Shown here: in pieces, positions 48,486-59,487 of the stretch
Layout of the letters: every line of letters starts with the position of its first letter
Numbering within the stretch: the stretch's first letter is position 1
Assembly: GCA_963735805.1 (NCBI GenBank)
Contig: CAVTMK010000003.1
Span: forward strand, 64,001-128,000
Direction of reading: 5' to 3'
Length of the DNA: 64,000 nucleotides
Source: an uncultured Verrucomicrobiae bacterium
Lineage (GTDB): Bacteria; Verrucomicrobiota; Verrucomicrobiia; Chthoniobacterales; UBA10450
Program-made: the position numbers and the translations under genes
Notes under the pieces: model-generated
The model's input: only the letters and a program-made list of their open reading frames with translations
Database searches by the model: none
What the model was told of the DNA's origin: nothing

Positions 48486-49655
48486 ATGAAATTGATGAAA
48501 CGGCTTTATGTTTTTGCCGCGCTCCTGATCCTGATCTCAGTTTTTTGCAGCTGTTCGCGCAAGGCAGCGCAGACCGATCCGGCTCTTCCGGAGGTGTTGG
48601 TGACAACTGTCACCCCGCAGGATGTGCCACGTATACTGGAACGCGTAGCCACACTGGATGGCTTCATCAACGCCAACATCAATGCGCAAGTACAAGGCTA
48701 CATCGTTTCGCGCGATTACACCGAAGGCAGCATCGTAAAAATCGGCGACCCCCTTTTCCAGATCGATCCGCGCCCGTTTGAAGCCGCATTGGCGCAGGCC
48801 AAGGGAACGCTCGCAAAAGACAAAGCTAACCAGGTAAAAGCAGACGCAGACGAAAAACGCGCGATGGACTTGTTCAACAAACAAGTGATCAGCGACCAGG
48901 AGCGTGATACTGCCATCGCCGCGGCCCAGGCCGGCAGAGCAAACATCGAAGCCGATGAAGCGGCAGTGCAACAGGCGCAGCTCAATCTTGGATATACAAA
49001 GATCCTCGCGCCGATAGAAGGTGTGTCAGGGTTTGCTAACGCACAGGTCGGCGATCTCGTTAGCCCAACCAGCGGACCGCTCACCACGGTTTCACAAATC
49101 GATCCGATCAAAGCCATCGTCACCGTCGGCGAAGGCCCCTTCACAGATTTCATTTCACGACATCCTGATCCAAAGGAGCGCGACGCGTATATCAAAAGCC
49201 TTCAGTTCACGTTGATTCTCGGCAACGGCGAGGTTTATCCTCAGAAAGGCAAGTTTTATGCCCTCGATCGCAGTCTGGATCCGAGAACTGGATCGATCCG
49301 CTACGAAGTGACGTTTCCAAACGCGGGAGACACTTTGCGGCCCGGACAATTCGGTAAGGTGCGTTTCGTCGCGGACATGAAAAAAGGCGCGATGGTCATT
49401 CCGCAGGAAGCTGTCACAGAGTTGCAAGGCAGTTATCAAATCGCCGTTGTCGGCGACGACAACAAAGTCAGTATCCGTCCAGTACAAATGGGCGAACGCA
49501 TTGGTACGATGTGGGAAGTGACCCAGGGCCTGAAACCCGGCGATAAAGTCGTCGTTCAAGGAGTGCAAAAAGTCCACGAAGGCTCGGCGGTTACCGCGAA
49601 AGAGTGGTCGCGTCCGGCCGATGCTTTGATTTCGAAATCTGTTCAGGCAAAGTAG
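48486..49655 (+). CDS. RND efflux membrane fusion (periplasmic adaptor) lipoprotein
   Basis: Signal with Cys; INAQVQGYI, LFQIDPRPF, LNLGYTKILAPI, LRPGQF. Confidence 0.93.
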   Translation: MKLMKRLYVFAALLILISVFCSCSRKAAQTDPALPEVLVTTVTPQDVPRILERVATLDGFINANINAQVQGYIVSRDYTEGSIVKIGDPLFQIDPRPFEAALAQAKGTLAKDKANQVKADADEKRAMDLFNKQVISDQERDTAIAAAQAGRANIEADEAAVQQAQLNLGYTKILAPIEGVSGFANAQVGDLVSPTSGPLTTVSQIDPIKAIVTVGEGPFTDFISRHPDPKERDAYIKSLQFTLILGNGEVYPQKGKFYALDRSLDPRTGSIRYEVTFPNAGDTLRPGQFGKVRFVADMKKGAMVIPQEAVTELQGSYQIAVVGDDNKVSIRPVQMGERIGTMWEVTQGLKPGDKVVVQGVQKVHEGSAVTAKEWSRPADALISKSVQAK

Positions 49656-49664
49656 CGCTAACTA

Positions 49665-52600
49665 ATGTCGGAGTTTTTCGTCAGGCGGCCTATTGTCGCG
49701 ATCGTCATTGCGATTTTGATGACGCTCATCGGTGGCGTCTGCATTCTCGCGTTGCCGATCGCGCAGTATCCGCAAATCGCGCCACCGGAAATTCAGGTGC
49801 AAACACACTACACCGGCGCGGATGCGCTGACGATTGAGCAATCGGTCGCGGCGCCCATCGAGCAGCAAATGAGTGGCGTCGACAACATGAATTACATGTA
49901 CTCGATCAATGCCAACAGCGGCGACATTCGACTGATCGTCGACTTCGATGTCGCGACGGATCCAAACATCGATCAAGTCCTGACACAGCTCCGAGTGTCT
50001 CAAGCGCAATCGCAATTGCCCGCCGATGTTATCAACTACGGCATCACCGTTAAAAAATCGACAACCGCGCCACTGATGCTGATCTCGCTCTATTCTCCCA
50101 AATCCAGCTATGACAATATTTTTCTCGCCAACTACGCTTACATCAATCTCGTCGATCAACTGACTCGCGTCCCAGGTATTGGAAATGTGCAGGTTTTCGG
50201 GGCGGGACAGTATGCGATGCGTTTGTGGGTGAAGCCCGATCAGCTCGCGAAGCTTGGGATCACTGTGCCGGACATCATTAGCGCAGTGCAAAAGCAGAAC
50301 ACGGTGAATCCCGCCGGCCAGATCGGCGGTGAGCCGATTCCGAGCGGACAGATGTTTACATATACCGTGCGCGCACAGGGCCGGTTGCAAACACCAGAAG
50401 AGTTTGGCCAGATAGTCGTTCGGGCAAACCCGGACGGCTCGTTTGTGCGCGTGAAGGACATCGCGCGGATTGATCTGGGCGCGCAAACTTACAACTTGAG
50501 AGGCCGGCTCAACGGACAACCCGCGGCGATTATCGCTCTGTATCAACTGCCCGGAACCAACGCCGTTAAGGCCGCCGAAGGCGTACGCAAGTTAATGGCG
50601 GAAGCAAAGCAACGGTTTCCCGGCGATATGGATTACGCCGTCTCGCTCGACCAGACGCTCTCCGTCACCGAAGGTATTCGCGAAATTCTGAAGACGTTGT
50701 TCGAAGCGCTCGCGCTCGTCGTGCTCGTCGTATTCATCTTCCTCCAGACCTGGCGCGCGACGCTGATTCCGCTCTGTGCGGTGCCAGTGTCGTTGATTGG
50801 AACGTTTGTGTTGTTTCCCTTATTCGGATTTTCGATTAACACGCTTTCGCTTTTCGGACTTGTGCTTGCCATTGGGCTTGTCGTGGACGACGCGATTGTC
50901 GTTGTCGAAGCAGTTGAGCGTCACATCGAAGAAGGAATGTCCCCGCGGGACGCGACACTTCAGGCGATGCGTGACGTCTCAGGGGTGGTAATCGGCGTCG
51001 CACTCGTACTTTCGGCTGTGTTCATCCCCACCGCATTTCTTCCGGGTATCACCGGCAGGTTGTACCAACAGTTCGCGCTCACGATCGCTATCTCCGTCAT
51101 TTTTTCCGCGTTCAACGCGCTCTCGCTGAGCCCGGCGCTTGCAGCCATGCTGCTCCGTCCTCGAAAGAAAACGCGTGGCCCGGTTGGCTGGTTTTTCGAT
51201 CGATTCAATCGTGTCTTTGCCAGCGCGAATCGCGGCTACGTGAGTTTGTCGCGGGTTGCGATTCGAAAAGCCGTGCTCAGTTTCGCTTTGCTCGCCGTTG
51301 TTGCGGTCGGCGCGGGCCTTTTTGGATCCCGATTACCAAGCAGCTTTCTACCCGAGGAAGATCAGGGCTACATTTTCCTTGCGCTACAGTTGCCCGATGC
51401 TGCGTCGCTCGAACGAACCGACCAGGTGTGTCACAAGATCGAAGACTTTTTGAGCAAGACACCCGGTGTGCAATACACCACCAGCGTGATTGGGTTCAGT
51501 CTCCTGAGTCTGGTGCAAAATACCTACAGCGCGTTTTTCTTCGTCACGTTTAAACCATGGAGCGAACGCACCAAGCCGGAAGAACAGTACGCAGCAATCA
51601 AAGCACGATTAAATCAATACCTGGCCAGTCTTAGTGAGGGTATCGCCTTTGCGTTTCCGCCGCCGGCGATCCCCGGCGTTGGCACGTCTGGTGGGTTCAC
51701 GTTTATGCTCGAAGATCGCGCGGGCAAAGATGTCGGATTCCTAGCACAAAACCTGAAGACATTTTTAGATGCAGCACGCAAACGGCCCGAACTCGGCACG
51801 CTGATTCCAACCTTTTTGCCGAACGTTCCGCAGGTATTCGTCAACGTCGATCGCGACAAAGTCGTCAAGCAAGGGATCGATCTCGGCCAGGTCTATCAGA
51901 CCCTCCAGACGTTCATGGGCGGTTTTTTTGTGAACTACTTCAATCGGTTCGGGCGAACATGGCAGGTTTACATCGAAGCCGAGGGCGATTACCGCGACAA
52001 TGCGAACAATGTAGGCCAGTTTTATGTTCGCAATTCGAATGGCGATTCCGTACCGCTCGACGCCATTTCAACTATCCAGAACATCGCCGGGCCGGAATTC
52101 ACGTTGCGTTACAACGAATACCGCGCGGCTCAGATCAACGGTTCCGCCGCGCCTGGTTATAGCTCGTACCAGGCGATGAACGCACTCGAGGAAACTTTTC
52201 GCCAGACCATGCCGCGCGAGATGGGCTACGATTATCTTGGCCTGTCGTTTCAGGAAAAGAAAGCGCAGCAAGGCGTATCCCCGACTGTCGTGTTCGGAGT
52301 TTCGCTCATTTTCGTGTTCCTGATCCTCGCTGCACTTTATGAGAGCTGGTCGTTGCCCTTCAGTGTGCTGCTCGGAACACCGGTCGCAGTGTTCGGCGCG
52401 TTTGCCACGCTCTGGCTGCGCGGAATCCAAAATAATATTTTTGCGCAAATTGGTCTAATCATGCTAATCGGCCTGGCAGCCAAGAACGCGATCCTTATCG
52501 TCGAATTTGCCAAGGATGAATATGAAAAAGGCAAACCGCTGCTCGATGCTGCGCTCGAAGGCGCGCGCCTTCGCCTTCGCCCGATCCTGATGACTTCCTT

Positions 52601-52826
52601 TGCTTTCATCTTCGGCCTTCTACCGCTTTGGTTTGCCACCGGCGCCGGTGCCGTCGCTCGCCGTGTCCTCGGCTCAACCGTGATTGGAGGAATGATCGCC
52701 GCAACAGCTATCGCGACTTTTCTTATCCCAGTGACGTTCTACGTAATTGAGCGGCTCTTCGCCGGACGCAAAGAAAAAACGGCCGCGCCGCAAGTTAACC
52801 AAACCAAGCCTCAGCCCGCAAGTTGA
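49665..52826 (+). CDS. RND efflux permease (HAE1/AcrB family)
   Basis: FFVRRPIVA, GLVVDDAIVVVE, LAAKNAILIVEFA, RLRPILMTS. Confidence 0.96.
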   Translation: MSEFFVRRPIVAIVIAILMTLIGGVCILALPIAQYPQIAPPEIQVQTHYTGADALTIEQSVAAPIEQQMSGVDNMNYMYSINANSGDIRLIVDFDVATDPNIDQVLTQLRVSQAQSQLPADVINYGITVKKSTTAPLMLISLYSPKSSYDNIFLANYAYINLVDQLTRVPGIGNVQVFGAGQYAMRLWVKPDQLAKLGITVPDIISAVQKQNTVNPAGQIGGEPIPSGQMFTYTVRAQGRLQTPEEFGQIVVRANPDGSFVRVKDIARIDLGAQTYNLRGRLNGQPAAIIALYQLPGTNAVKAAEGVRKLMAEAKQRFPGDMDYAVSLDQTLSVTEGIREILKTLFEALALVVLVVFIFLQTWRATLIPLCAVPVSLIGTFVLFPLFGFSINTLSLFGLVLAIGLVVDDAIVVVEAVERHIEEGMSPRDATLQAMRDVSGVVIGVALVLSAVFIPTAFLPGITGRLYQQFALTIAISVIFSAFNALSLSPALAAMLLRPRKKTRGPVGWFFDRFNRVFASANRGYVSLSRVAIRKAVLSFALLAVVAVGAGLFGSRLPSSFLPEEDQGYIFLALQLPDAASLERTDQVCHKIEDFLSKTPGVQYTTSVIGFSLLSLVQNTYSAFFFVTFKPWSERTKPEEQYAAIKARLNQYLASLSEGIAFAFPPPAIPGVGTSGGFTFMLEDRAGKDVGFLAQNLKTFLDAARKRPELGTLIPTFLPNVPQVFVNVDRDKVVKQGIDLGQVYQTLQTFMGGFFVNYFNRFGRTWQVYIEAEGDYRDNANNVGQFYVRNSNGDSVPLDAISTIQNIAGPEFTLRYNEYRAAQINGSAAPGYSSYQAMNALEETFRQTMPREMGYDYLGLSFQEKKAQQGVSPTVVFGVSLIFVFLILAALYESWSLPFSVLLGTPVAVFGAFATLWLRGIQNNIFAQIGLIMLIGLAAKNAILIVEFAKDEYEKGKPLLDAALEGARLRLRPILMTSFAFIFGLLPLWFATGAGAVARRVLGSTVIGGMIAATAIATFLIPVTFYVIERLFAGRKEKTAAPQVNQTKPQPAS

Positions 52827-53031
52827 TGCCTAGTGTCTGCGGCTGATCGGGGCATAGGTATTTCACGTCTGTTTCGCTCCAAAAGGCGTTTGGCGCCGAC
52901 GGCCGACCGCGTGCCAGGCTGAGTGCCAGCTTTATCCCGAATGAGGGATTCAGCGCAGCCTCGCCAGTGGTAGCGGAAAATATCGCGAACGCGAAATAGC
53001 GGTGTCTTCTCGGACACACCTACTCTATCCA

Positions 53032-53289
53032 ATGAACACAAGCGACTCAGCATCTGATGGTCCTGTAGTGCAAGTTTCCCATCGCCGATCATTTCCACTT
53101 CGGACACTGATGGTTTGTTGCACGATCTGGCTCGTCGCCACTGAGGTTCTCATTTTTGATCAGATTAAGTTTAACGTCAGGATTGAACTACTGGAGCAAG
53201 CCACGCGAGCGATTCGCGGACAACAGCTGGTGCTTCCGATGGAACGACCATCTGATCTCCCAGATGACGCGAAAATGGAGAGACTTTGA
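53032..53289 (+). CDS. Hypothetical single-TM protein
   Basis: ATG at 53032; hydrophobic LMVCCTIWLVATEVLIF segment. Confidence 0.45.
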   Translation: MNTSDSASDGPVVQVSHRRSFPLRTLMVCCTIWLVATEVLIFDQIKFNVRIELLEQATRAIRGQQLVLPMERPSDLPDDAKMERL

Positions 53290-53456
53290 ACGTAAGATTC
53301 TGCGACGAATCAAAAGGCTCGGTCGCTCCAGCGGGATGGCGCGCAGATTATCTCTTTTGGGATAGCGAAAAATCTCTCGCACGCGCATTGGCGCATGATT
53401 TTGTCCAGGCTGAGCGTCTATGAGCCGCGGCCAAAACCAAGTTGTAAGGGGAAGTT

Positions 53457-54152
53457 ATGAAAATCGGAATTATCGGAGCTGGCAATATCGGCGGCGCACT
53501 GACTCGTCGTCTCACCGGACTCGGGCATAAGGTTTCCGTCGCGAATTCGAGAGGCCCTGAGACACTGAAGGATTTGGCGGCTGAGACCGGAGCGGCTCCA
53601 GTCACGGTAGAGCAAGCGGCCCAGGCTGGCGAGGTGGTTATTGTAACGATTCCCTTAAAGAACGTTCCGTCGTTGCCCGCGGGCTTGTTCGCGAAAACGC
53701 CCGAGAACGTCGTGGTCGTTGACACGGGCAATTATTACCCGCAACAACGGGACGGTCGGATTAAAGAAATCGAAGATGGATTGACCGAGAGTCAATGGGT
53801 CGAGAAGCAGCTAGGCCGGCCTGTCGTTAAAGCGTTCAACAACATTTATGCCGAGCATCTTTACAAACTCGGACGGCCATCCGGCAGCGCGGGGCGTATC
53901 GCCCTACCCGTCGCAGGTGACGACACCGCAGCGAAGACAATTGTGCTGCGACTTGTCGACGAGCTGGGATTTGACGGTGTAGACGCTGGTGGCATGGATG
54001 AGTCGTGGCGGCAACAGCCGGACACGCCGGTGTATGCCACGGATCTCGACGCCAATGGTGTGCGACGCGCTCTGGCAAAAGCCAGTAAGGAACGCAAACT
54101 TGCGTGGCGGGCTACTCCGGGTAGCCCCGGCACCTATGAATCTCCCGCATGA
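53457..54152 (+). CDS. NADP oxidoreductase (F420-dependent NADP reductase-like family)
   Basis: GAGNIG, ANSRGP, DTGNYYP, VVKAFNNI, AGDD. Confidence 0.88.
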   Translation: MKIGIIGAGNIGGALTRRLTGLGHKVSVANSRGPETLKDLAAETGAAPVTVEQAAQAGEVVIVTIPLKNVPSLPAGLFAKTPENVVVVDTGNYYPQQRDGRIKEIEDGLTESQWVEKQLGRPVVKAFNNIYAEHLYKLGRPSGSAGRIALPVAGDDTAAKTIVLRLVDELGFDGVDAGGMDESWRQQPDTPVYATDLDANGVRRALAKASKERKLAWRATPGSPGTYESPA

Positions 54153-54193
54153 AGAACACTAAGAGATAAACGAAGACAAAGGGGGGCAAACTT

Positions 54194-55117
54194 ATGAGCA
54201 GGACCATTGAAGCTATCCAACATCATATGAGGCCTGCTAAACCCATTCCGGCGACGAGCACTCACAAAAGACCCGCGACAAAGAGCGGCACATTTTCGAT
54301 TGGCGGTAACCTTCCCGTTCACCGGCTGGGCTTTGGAGCCATGCAACTGACCGGTCCTGGTGTTTGGGGCGAACCAGCAGATCGCGCACAAGCAATCGCA
54401 GTCTTACGCCGTGCAATCGAACTCGGTATCAACCTAATCGACACGGCAGATTCGTATGGCCCTCATGTCAGCGAAGAACTAATTCGGGAGGCTTTGCATC
54501 CTTATCCGAAAGGACTAGTTATCGCGACCAAGGCCGGTCTTGCGCGGCCTGGCCCCAGTAGATGGATTCCCCTGGGCAGGCCCGAATACCTCCGACAGGA
54601 ATGCGAGATGAGCCTGCGACGATTGGGCGTCGAGCGTATCGATTTATTCCAATTACACCGAATTGATCCCAAGGTTCCAGCCGAGGATCAATTCGGAGCG
54701 CTGCGAGATCTTCAGAAAGAGGGCAAGATCCGACATGCCGGCCTTTCGGAAGTTAGTGTTGCGGAGATCGAGGCGGCGCTTCGTATCGTTCCAATCGCGA
54801 CCGTGCAAAATCAATACAACCTCGCGTACCGCAATTCGGAAGATGTCCTGGACTATTGCACTCGCAAAAGCATCGGGTTTATCCCGTGGTTCCCGCTCGC
54901 AACCGGCGATCTCGCGAAGCCCCACGGGCTATTGATAAAAATAGCCAGGAGACTTGGCGCAGCGCCAGCTCAGGTAGCTCTCGCGTGGTTGCTCAAGAGA
55001 TCTCCCGTGATGCTGCCGATCCCGGGAACTTCAAAAGTAAAACACCTCGAAGAGAATGCTGCTGCCGCTCTCCTCACTCTTGATGATTCCATCATGGAAG
55101 AACTAGCTAACGTATAA
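54194..55117 (+). CDS. Aldo/keto reductase
   Basis: [33 protein letters not shown]. Confidence 0.93.
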   Translation: MSRTIEAIQHHMRPAKPIPATSTHKRPATKSGTFSIGGNLPVHRLGFGAMQLTGPGVWGEPADRAQAIAVLRRAIELGINLIDTADSYGPHVSEELIREALHPYPKGLVIATKAGLARPGPSRWIPLGRPEYLRQECEMSLRRLGVERIDLFQLHRIDPKVPAEDQFGALRDLQKEGKIRHAGLSEVSVAEIEAALRIVPIATVQNQYNLAYRNSEDVLDYCTRKSIGFIPWFPLATGDLAKPHGLLIKIARRLGAAPAQVALAWLLKRSPVMLPIPGTSKVKHLEENAAAALLTLDDSIMEELANV

Positions 55118-55124
55118 CAAAACA

Positions 55125-55307
55125 ATGAATAGCAAAGACAATGCGACTGACAGAATGACGAACGGAAGCCCGACATGGGTCTCCGAGCTTCAACAGGAGA
55201 TTCATGAGGCACTTCGCCTTCAGCATCCAGAGTGGGTTGACCCCAACGGGGATTGTCCTACTTGCGAATCTTACGAATCTCGTCTCGCAGAGTTACTTGG
55301 TCTCTGA
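55125..55307 (+). CDS. Small hypothetical CxxC protein
   Basis: Starts 7 nt after the AKR stop; IHEALRLQHPEW...CPTCESYESRL. Confidence 0.55.
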   Translation: MNSKDNATDRMTNGSPTWVSELQQEIHEALRLQHPEWVDPNGDCPTCESYESRLAELLGL

Positions 55308-55376
55308 TCAATAAGGGACTTGCGCCAGGCTTAAACGGCTGCTTGATATGGCAAAATGCCAAAACAACAAAGTATT

Positions 55377-56138
55377 ATGAAAATGAATACCAAAAAACTT
55401 GATGGCAAAGTGGCCATTGTGACCGGCGCGTCAAAAGGAATCGGCGCTGCAATCGCGAAACATCTCGCTGCCGAAGGCGCAGCGGTGGTCGTCAATTACT
55501 CCTCCAGCAAAGAAGGAGCCGATGGCGTCGTAGATGAAATCGCGAAACAACAAGGAAAGGCAATCGCGGTGCAGGGGGACGTCTCTAAGAAGGCGGACGT
55601 TCAGCGCCTGTTCGCAGAGGCGGAAAAGGCGTTCAGCCGCGTCGATATTCTGGTTAACAACGCCGGCGTCTATGAGTTTCTTCCTCTGGAAAACGTCACC
55701 GAAAAACATTTCCACAGACAGTTTGACGTAAATGTCCTCGGCTTGCTCCTGGCAATTCAAGAGGCGGTCAAATACTTTGGCCCGGAAGGTGGAAGCATCA
55801 TCAATATCAGCTCCAGCGCCAGCATGTCCGCTCCGCCCACGGCATCTGTTTACAGCGGCACTAAAGCGGCCGTGGACACCATCACCAAGTCGTTGTCGAA
55901 GGAACTTGGACCGCGCAATATCCGTGTCAACGTCATCAACCCCGGCATGGTGGAGACCGAGGGCTTGCATTCAGGCGGGTTCATAGGAAGTCAGTTTCAA
56001 AAATTGTTCGAATCACAAAGTCCGTTGGGACGGATCGGACAACCAGATGACGTGGCGCCTGCCGTCGTTTTTCTTGCTTCACAGGATGCCCGCTGGATCA
56101 CTGGCGAAACCCTGTTGGTCTCGGGTGGCTACAGTTAA
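55377..56138 (+). CDS. SDR family oxidoreductase (glucose 1-dehydrogenase-like); start uncertain
   Basis: TGASKGIG, NNAG, YSGTK. Confidence 0.93.
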   Translation: MKMNTKKLDGKVAIVTGASKGIGAAIAKHLAAEGAAVVVNYSSSKEGADGVVDEIAKQQGKAIAVQGDVSKKADVQRLFAEAEKAFSRVDILVNNAGVYEFLPLENVTEKHFHRQFDVNVLGLLLAIQEAVKYFGPEGGSIINISSSASMSAPPTASVYSGTKAAVDTITKSLSKELGPRNIRVNVINPGMVETEGLHSGGFIGSQFQKLFESQSPLGRIGQPDDVAPAVVFLASQDARWITGETLLVSGGYS

Positions 56139-56329
56139 GACCGGGGTGCCTGCTTGTCGATGCGCTCCGATAAATCTGCAAAACGGTACGGCTCGCTCGG
56201 CCACAACTAAGATCGCTGTCCTACGGACATTCACTCGAAAGAGGGAACGTCGAACAACTCTTCGGTGGCATCACAAAATCCCACGCATGCGCATTAGCCG
56301 GAGCGGAATTGTCATCGACACTTCAAGCC

Positions 56330-56542
56330 ATGAAAGTGATTCACTCCCTCAATCGATTAGTGCCGCAAGAAGCATCCGGCCACTCAACAATTCGGATCGC
56401 ACGTACACCGTGGCATATACGACGGCGAGATTCGCTTCCATTGCGTGAAGCCATTCCGCTTTGGTTCGCCATCTCCAGTCCGTTAATTGGTTTAATAATC
56501 GGATTTCTTGGCGCGTGGCTTGTCACCTGGCTAACCAGCTAG
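56330..56542 (+). CDS. Small hypothetical membrane protein
   Basis: ATG at 56330; C-terminal TM helix PLIGLIIGFLGAWLVTWL. Confidence 0.5.
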   Translation: MKVIHSLNRLVPQEASGHSTIRIARTPWHIRRRDSLPLREAIPLWFAISSPLIGLIIGFLGAWLVTWLTS

Positions 56543-56576
56543 AAAGCCAGCAACAAAAGCAACTTCTTATAAATCC

Positions 56577-57044
56577 ATGAGCAAGGTAATCGAAGTAGAC
56601 TTCCTTCCGAAGGAAACCGATGCCGCTTTCTCCTGGTTAGATTCAATTAGCGATTCCGCGCGGCGGATCCTGATCGTTGATAACGACAGAAACAGCACTC
56701 ACGTGGTCAAGGTTCTTCTCGAAAAGACAGGCCGCTATCTGGTGCTCGAAGAGAATGATGCTACCAGGGCTCATCTGAGCGCTCGAAATTTTCGGCCAGA
56801 CCTGATCTTGCTTGATATCGTAATGGCGGAGACGGACGGCGGCGAAATCGCGGCACGAATTAAAGTCGACCCTGAATTGCAAGGCACACCAATCATCTTC
56901 CTAACTGCGCTCGTCACACGAACTGAAGCGAACACAGGCCTCCATATCGATGGACATCCATTTCTCGCCAAGCCAATCAATGTTCAAGAGTTGATCAATG
57001 CAATCGAAGGGCGTTTGTCCGCGCGCGCGCCGGCCTTCGGCTAA
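56577..57044 (+). CDS. Single-domain response regulator (CheY-like)
   Basis: ILIVDND, PDLILLDIVM, IIFLTA, FLAKP. Confidence 0.9.
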   Translation: MSKVIEVDFLPKETDAAFSWLDSISDSARRILIVDNDRNSTHVVKVLLEKTGRYLVLEENDATRAHLSARNFRPDLILLDIVMAETDGGEIAARIKVDPELQGTPIIFLTALVTRTEANTGLHIDGHPFLAKPINVQELINAIEGRLSARAPAFG

Positions 57045-57295
57045 GCAAGGGTCCTGGGTTTCGTTAAGTCGTCAATCGTGTTCAATTGAATGATTCATCC
57101 GCTTAACGATTTAATCTGCCGAAGCTATTCGCTCGCCACATCATAGCAAAGCAAGGCGGGGCATTTCTTCGAGTTCCGTACCCAGGGGTAGGCTCTATCT
57201 CTCCAAAGAGAGACTCGGGAGCAACTCTTAGGTAGCACCGCAAAATCCCACGGAATCGCAATGGCTGTGGAGCCCGTCGTCTATGACGTTTAATT

Positions 57296-58324
57296 ATGAA
57301 AAAGATTAGATTTCTTGGTTTGGTAAGCGCCACTCTCGTTGGTCTTACCTTGCCAGTTTCAGCAGGTCCTCGGGGTGGCGGGGTAGGATTTGGAGGTGGC
57401 CACGCTGGCGGTGGCGGCCGGGCCGGAGGCCTTGTTGGTGGAGGTTCTCGCGCCGCGCCAGGTGTCTACGGCGGCGGCTTTCGAGGAGCACCGGCTTTCC
57501 GCGGAGCATACTTTACCGGTAGAAGTGTCGGCAGGCCAACTGTCGCACCTCGCTCCTATTATGGTCGGACTCGCATGACTGCCGCACAACCGCGCGGATT
57601 CAATCGCTCAGTTAGTCGGCCTGCAAGTCCGTATATTGGCAGATTCGCTGGTGCGACTCGGCAACCGAGCCGGGTAAACTCAACTACAGCACGAAGCCGC
57701 GCTTCAAATCCTCGGAGTTCCACCGCTGCGAGTCGCCAGACTGATCGCGTAGGCTCAATTGCCGGGCGCAACGACGTTTCGGACCGACGGACATCGGCGG
57801 CAGCAAGCCGCCAGACTGCGGCAAATCGCCAGTCATTCGTCAGGAGCCATGCTTCCGAGCGTCACGACGCGAATTGGCACCGGGACTGGAATCGGCACCA
57901 TTCACATTTCCACAACCACAAGGTCTTTGTTTTCGTTAACGGCTTTTGGTGGGGCCTGGATCCGTGGTTCTATCCGTACTACGCCAATGACTACTATCCA
58001 TATGATAACTACGGTTATAATCCGTACGACTATGGTTATGGTAATCCCTATGACTACTCTGCTAACCCCTACGATTACTATAACTACTCCCCTAATAACT
58101 ATGATGACCAGTCTGGTTATGCTGCGTCAGATCAATCTGCATCAAATGCGACTGTGGGCGCCGCTCAGTCGGAGTTGGCAAAGCTCGGTTACTATAACGG
58201 CGCGATCGACGGAACCGTGGGCGACCAAACAGAGGCCGCGGTTGCCCATTATCAAGAGGACAACGATCTCAGCGTGACAGGGACACTCGATACGCCTACG
58301 CTTCAATCACTGGGAGTTAGATAA
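57296..58324 (+). CDS. Exported low-complexity protein with C-terminal peptidoglycan-binding domain
   Basis: Signal peptide; Gly/Arg-rich and NPYDY-repeat regions; QSELAKLGYY.GAIDG..GDQTEAAV..YQ. Confidence 0.85.
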   Translation: MKKIRFLGLVSATLVGLTLPVSAGPRGGGVGFGGGHAGGGGRAGGLVGGGSRAAPGVYGGGFRGAPAFRGAYFTGRSVGRPTVAPRSYYGRTRMTAAQPRGFNRSVSRPASPYIGRFAGATRQPSRVNSTTARSRASNPRSSTAASRQTDRVGSIAGRNDVSDRRTSAAASRQTAANRQSFVRSHASERHDANWHRDWNRHHSHFHNHKVFVFVNGFWWGLDPWFYPYYANDYYPYDNYGYNPYDYGYGNPYDYSANPYDYYNYSPNNYDDQSGYAASDQSASNATVGAAQSELAKLGYYNGAIDGTVGDQTEAAVAHYQEDNDLSVTGTLDTPTLQSLGVR

Positions 58325-58340
58325 GGGTAATTACAAATAT

Positions 58341-58415
58341 TGTGGACGCCCGCTATTGTCGAGGCGATCTAGCAGTTTCATGCTAGCAGCACGGCGACAC
58401 GGCGCCGTGGCTAAA
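58341..58415. repeat. Degenerate REPIN, GTAGCC family
   Basis: Right arm CACGGCGACACGGCGCCGTGGCTA; decayed left arm ending TGTCGAGGCG. Confidence 0.6.
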
Positions 58416-58507
58416 GCGCTCGCATATTTGTGAGAAGAACTGCTACAGGAATGACCATAACTACACCATGAATTACGCTAGGAAAGAGTAATAAAGGACT
58501 GACATCT

Positions 58508-59302
58508 ATGGATCTGCAATTAGAAGGAAGGAAAGCGTTGATCACCGGCTCGACAGCCGGCATCGGCTTTGCTATCGCTCGGACCCTGGCAGGTGAAAGA
58601 GCGTCCGTGGTTATTACCGGCCGTACTCAGAATCGGGTTGATAACGCGGCGAGAAAGATTCAGCAGGAAATTGGCAGCGCAAGAGTCAACGGGATTGCTG
58701 CCGATCTGGCGACAGAGCATGGAATTGCGAAATGTATCGAAGCGCTGCCTACAGTCGATGTTCTTATCAATAATGTTGGAGTGTACGAGCCAAAACCGTT
58801 CGAGAAAATTACCGACGACGATTGGCATTCCATCATTGAGATAAATTTCATGAGCGGTGTGCGGTTATCGCGCCATTACCTGCCGAGGATGAAGGCGGCA
58901 AATTGGGGACGCATCATTTTCATCTCCAGCGAGTCCGCTGTGAACATTCCGGTTGAGATGATTCATTACGGTGTAACAAAGACGATGCAGGTGGCTTTGG
59001 CCCGCGGTCTGGCCGAAACGACCTCGGGGACTGGCGTCACAGTGAATTCAATCCTCGCCGGTCCGACACGATCCGAAGGCGTTGAACAATTCATCGCAGA
59101 TGTTGCAAAAAACAAGGGGATCCTGCCTGATGAAATAGAAAAGGATTTCTTTAAAACCGTGAGACCGAGCTCGTTGTTGCAACGATTTGCCACAATTGAA
59201 GAAGTAGCCGCATTGGTCGCCTTTGTGGCGAGCCCGATTTCATCTGCTACCAATGGCGCGGCCCTTCGTGTAGAAGGGGGCCTGCTTCGCTCAATCCTTT
59301 AG
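58508..59302 (+). CDS. SDR family oxidoreductase
   Basis: TGSTAGIG, NNVG, YGVTK. Confidence 0.92.
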   Translation: MDLQLEGRKALITGSTAGIGFAIARTLAGERASVVITGRTQNRVDNAARKIQQEIGSARVNGIAADLATEHGIAKCIEALPTVDVLINNVGVYEPKPFEKITDDDWHSIIEINFMSGVRLSRHYLPRMKAANWGRIIFISSESAVNIPVEMIHYGVTKTMQVALARGLAETTSGTGVTVNSILAGPTRSEGVEQFIADVAKNKGILPDEIEKDFFKTVRPSSLLQRFATIEEVAALVAFVASPISSATNGAALRVEGGLLRSIL

Positions 59303-59324
59303 TCAATTCCTAAAAACCAATCGC

Positions 59325-59400
59325 TGTAGTCACGACGCTGTGTCGCCGTGCTGGGAGACCCAACACACCCCAAAAGCCTCGACGCAGCGAGGCGGCTACA
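59325..59400. repeat. REPIN, GTAGCC family
   Basis: TGTAGTCACGACGCTGTGTCGCCGTG...GCCTCGACGCAGCGAGGCGGCTACA. Confidence 0.78.
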
Positions 59401-59487
59401 ACATTTGCAAAAGGTGTTCAGACAAATTTCACTGTCGCCAAGACCAGTTTGCTGTCTTCTTTCGTTATTTTGACAGCAGATACGCCT

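Noticed and set aside
49662..50546. Long antisense ORFs (also 38566-39423, 62687-63301, 25959-26567 and similar)
   Set aside because: Shadow frames of well-supported genes, with no recognisable motifs
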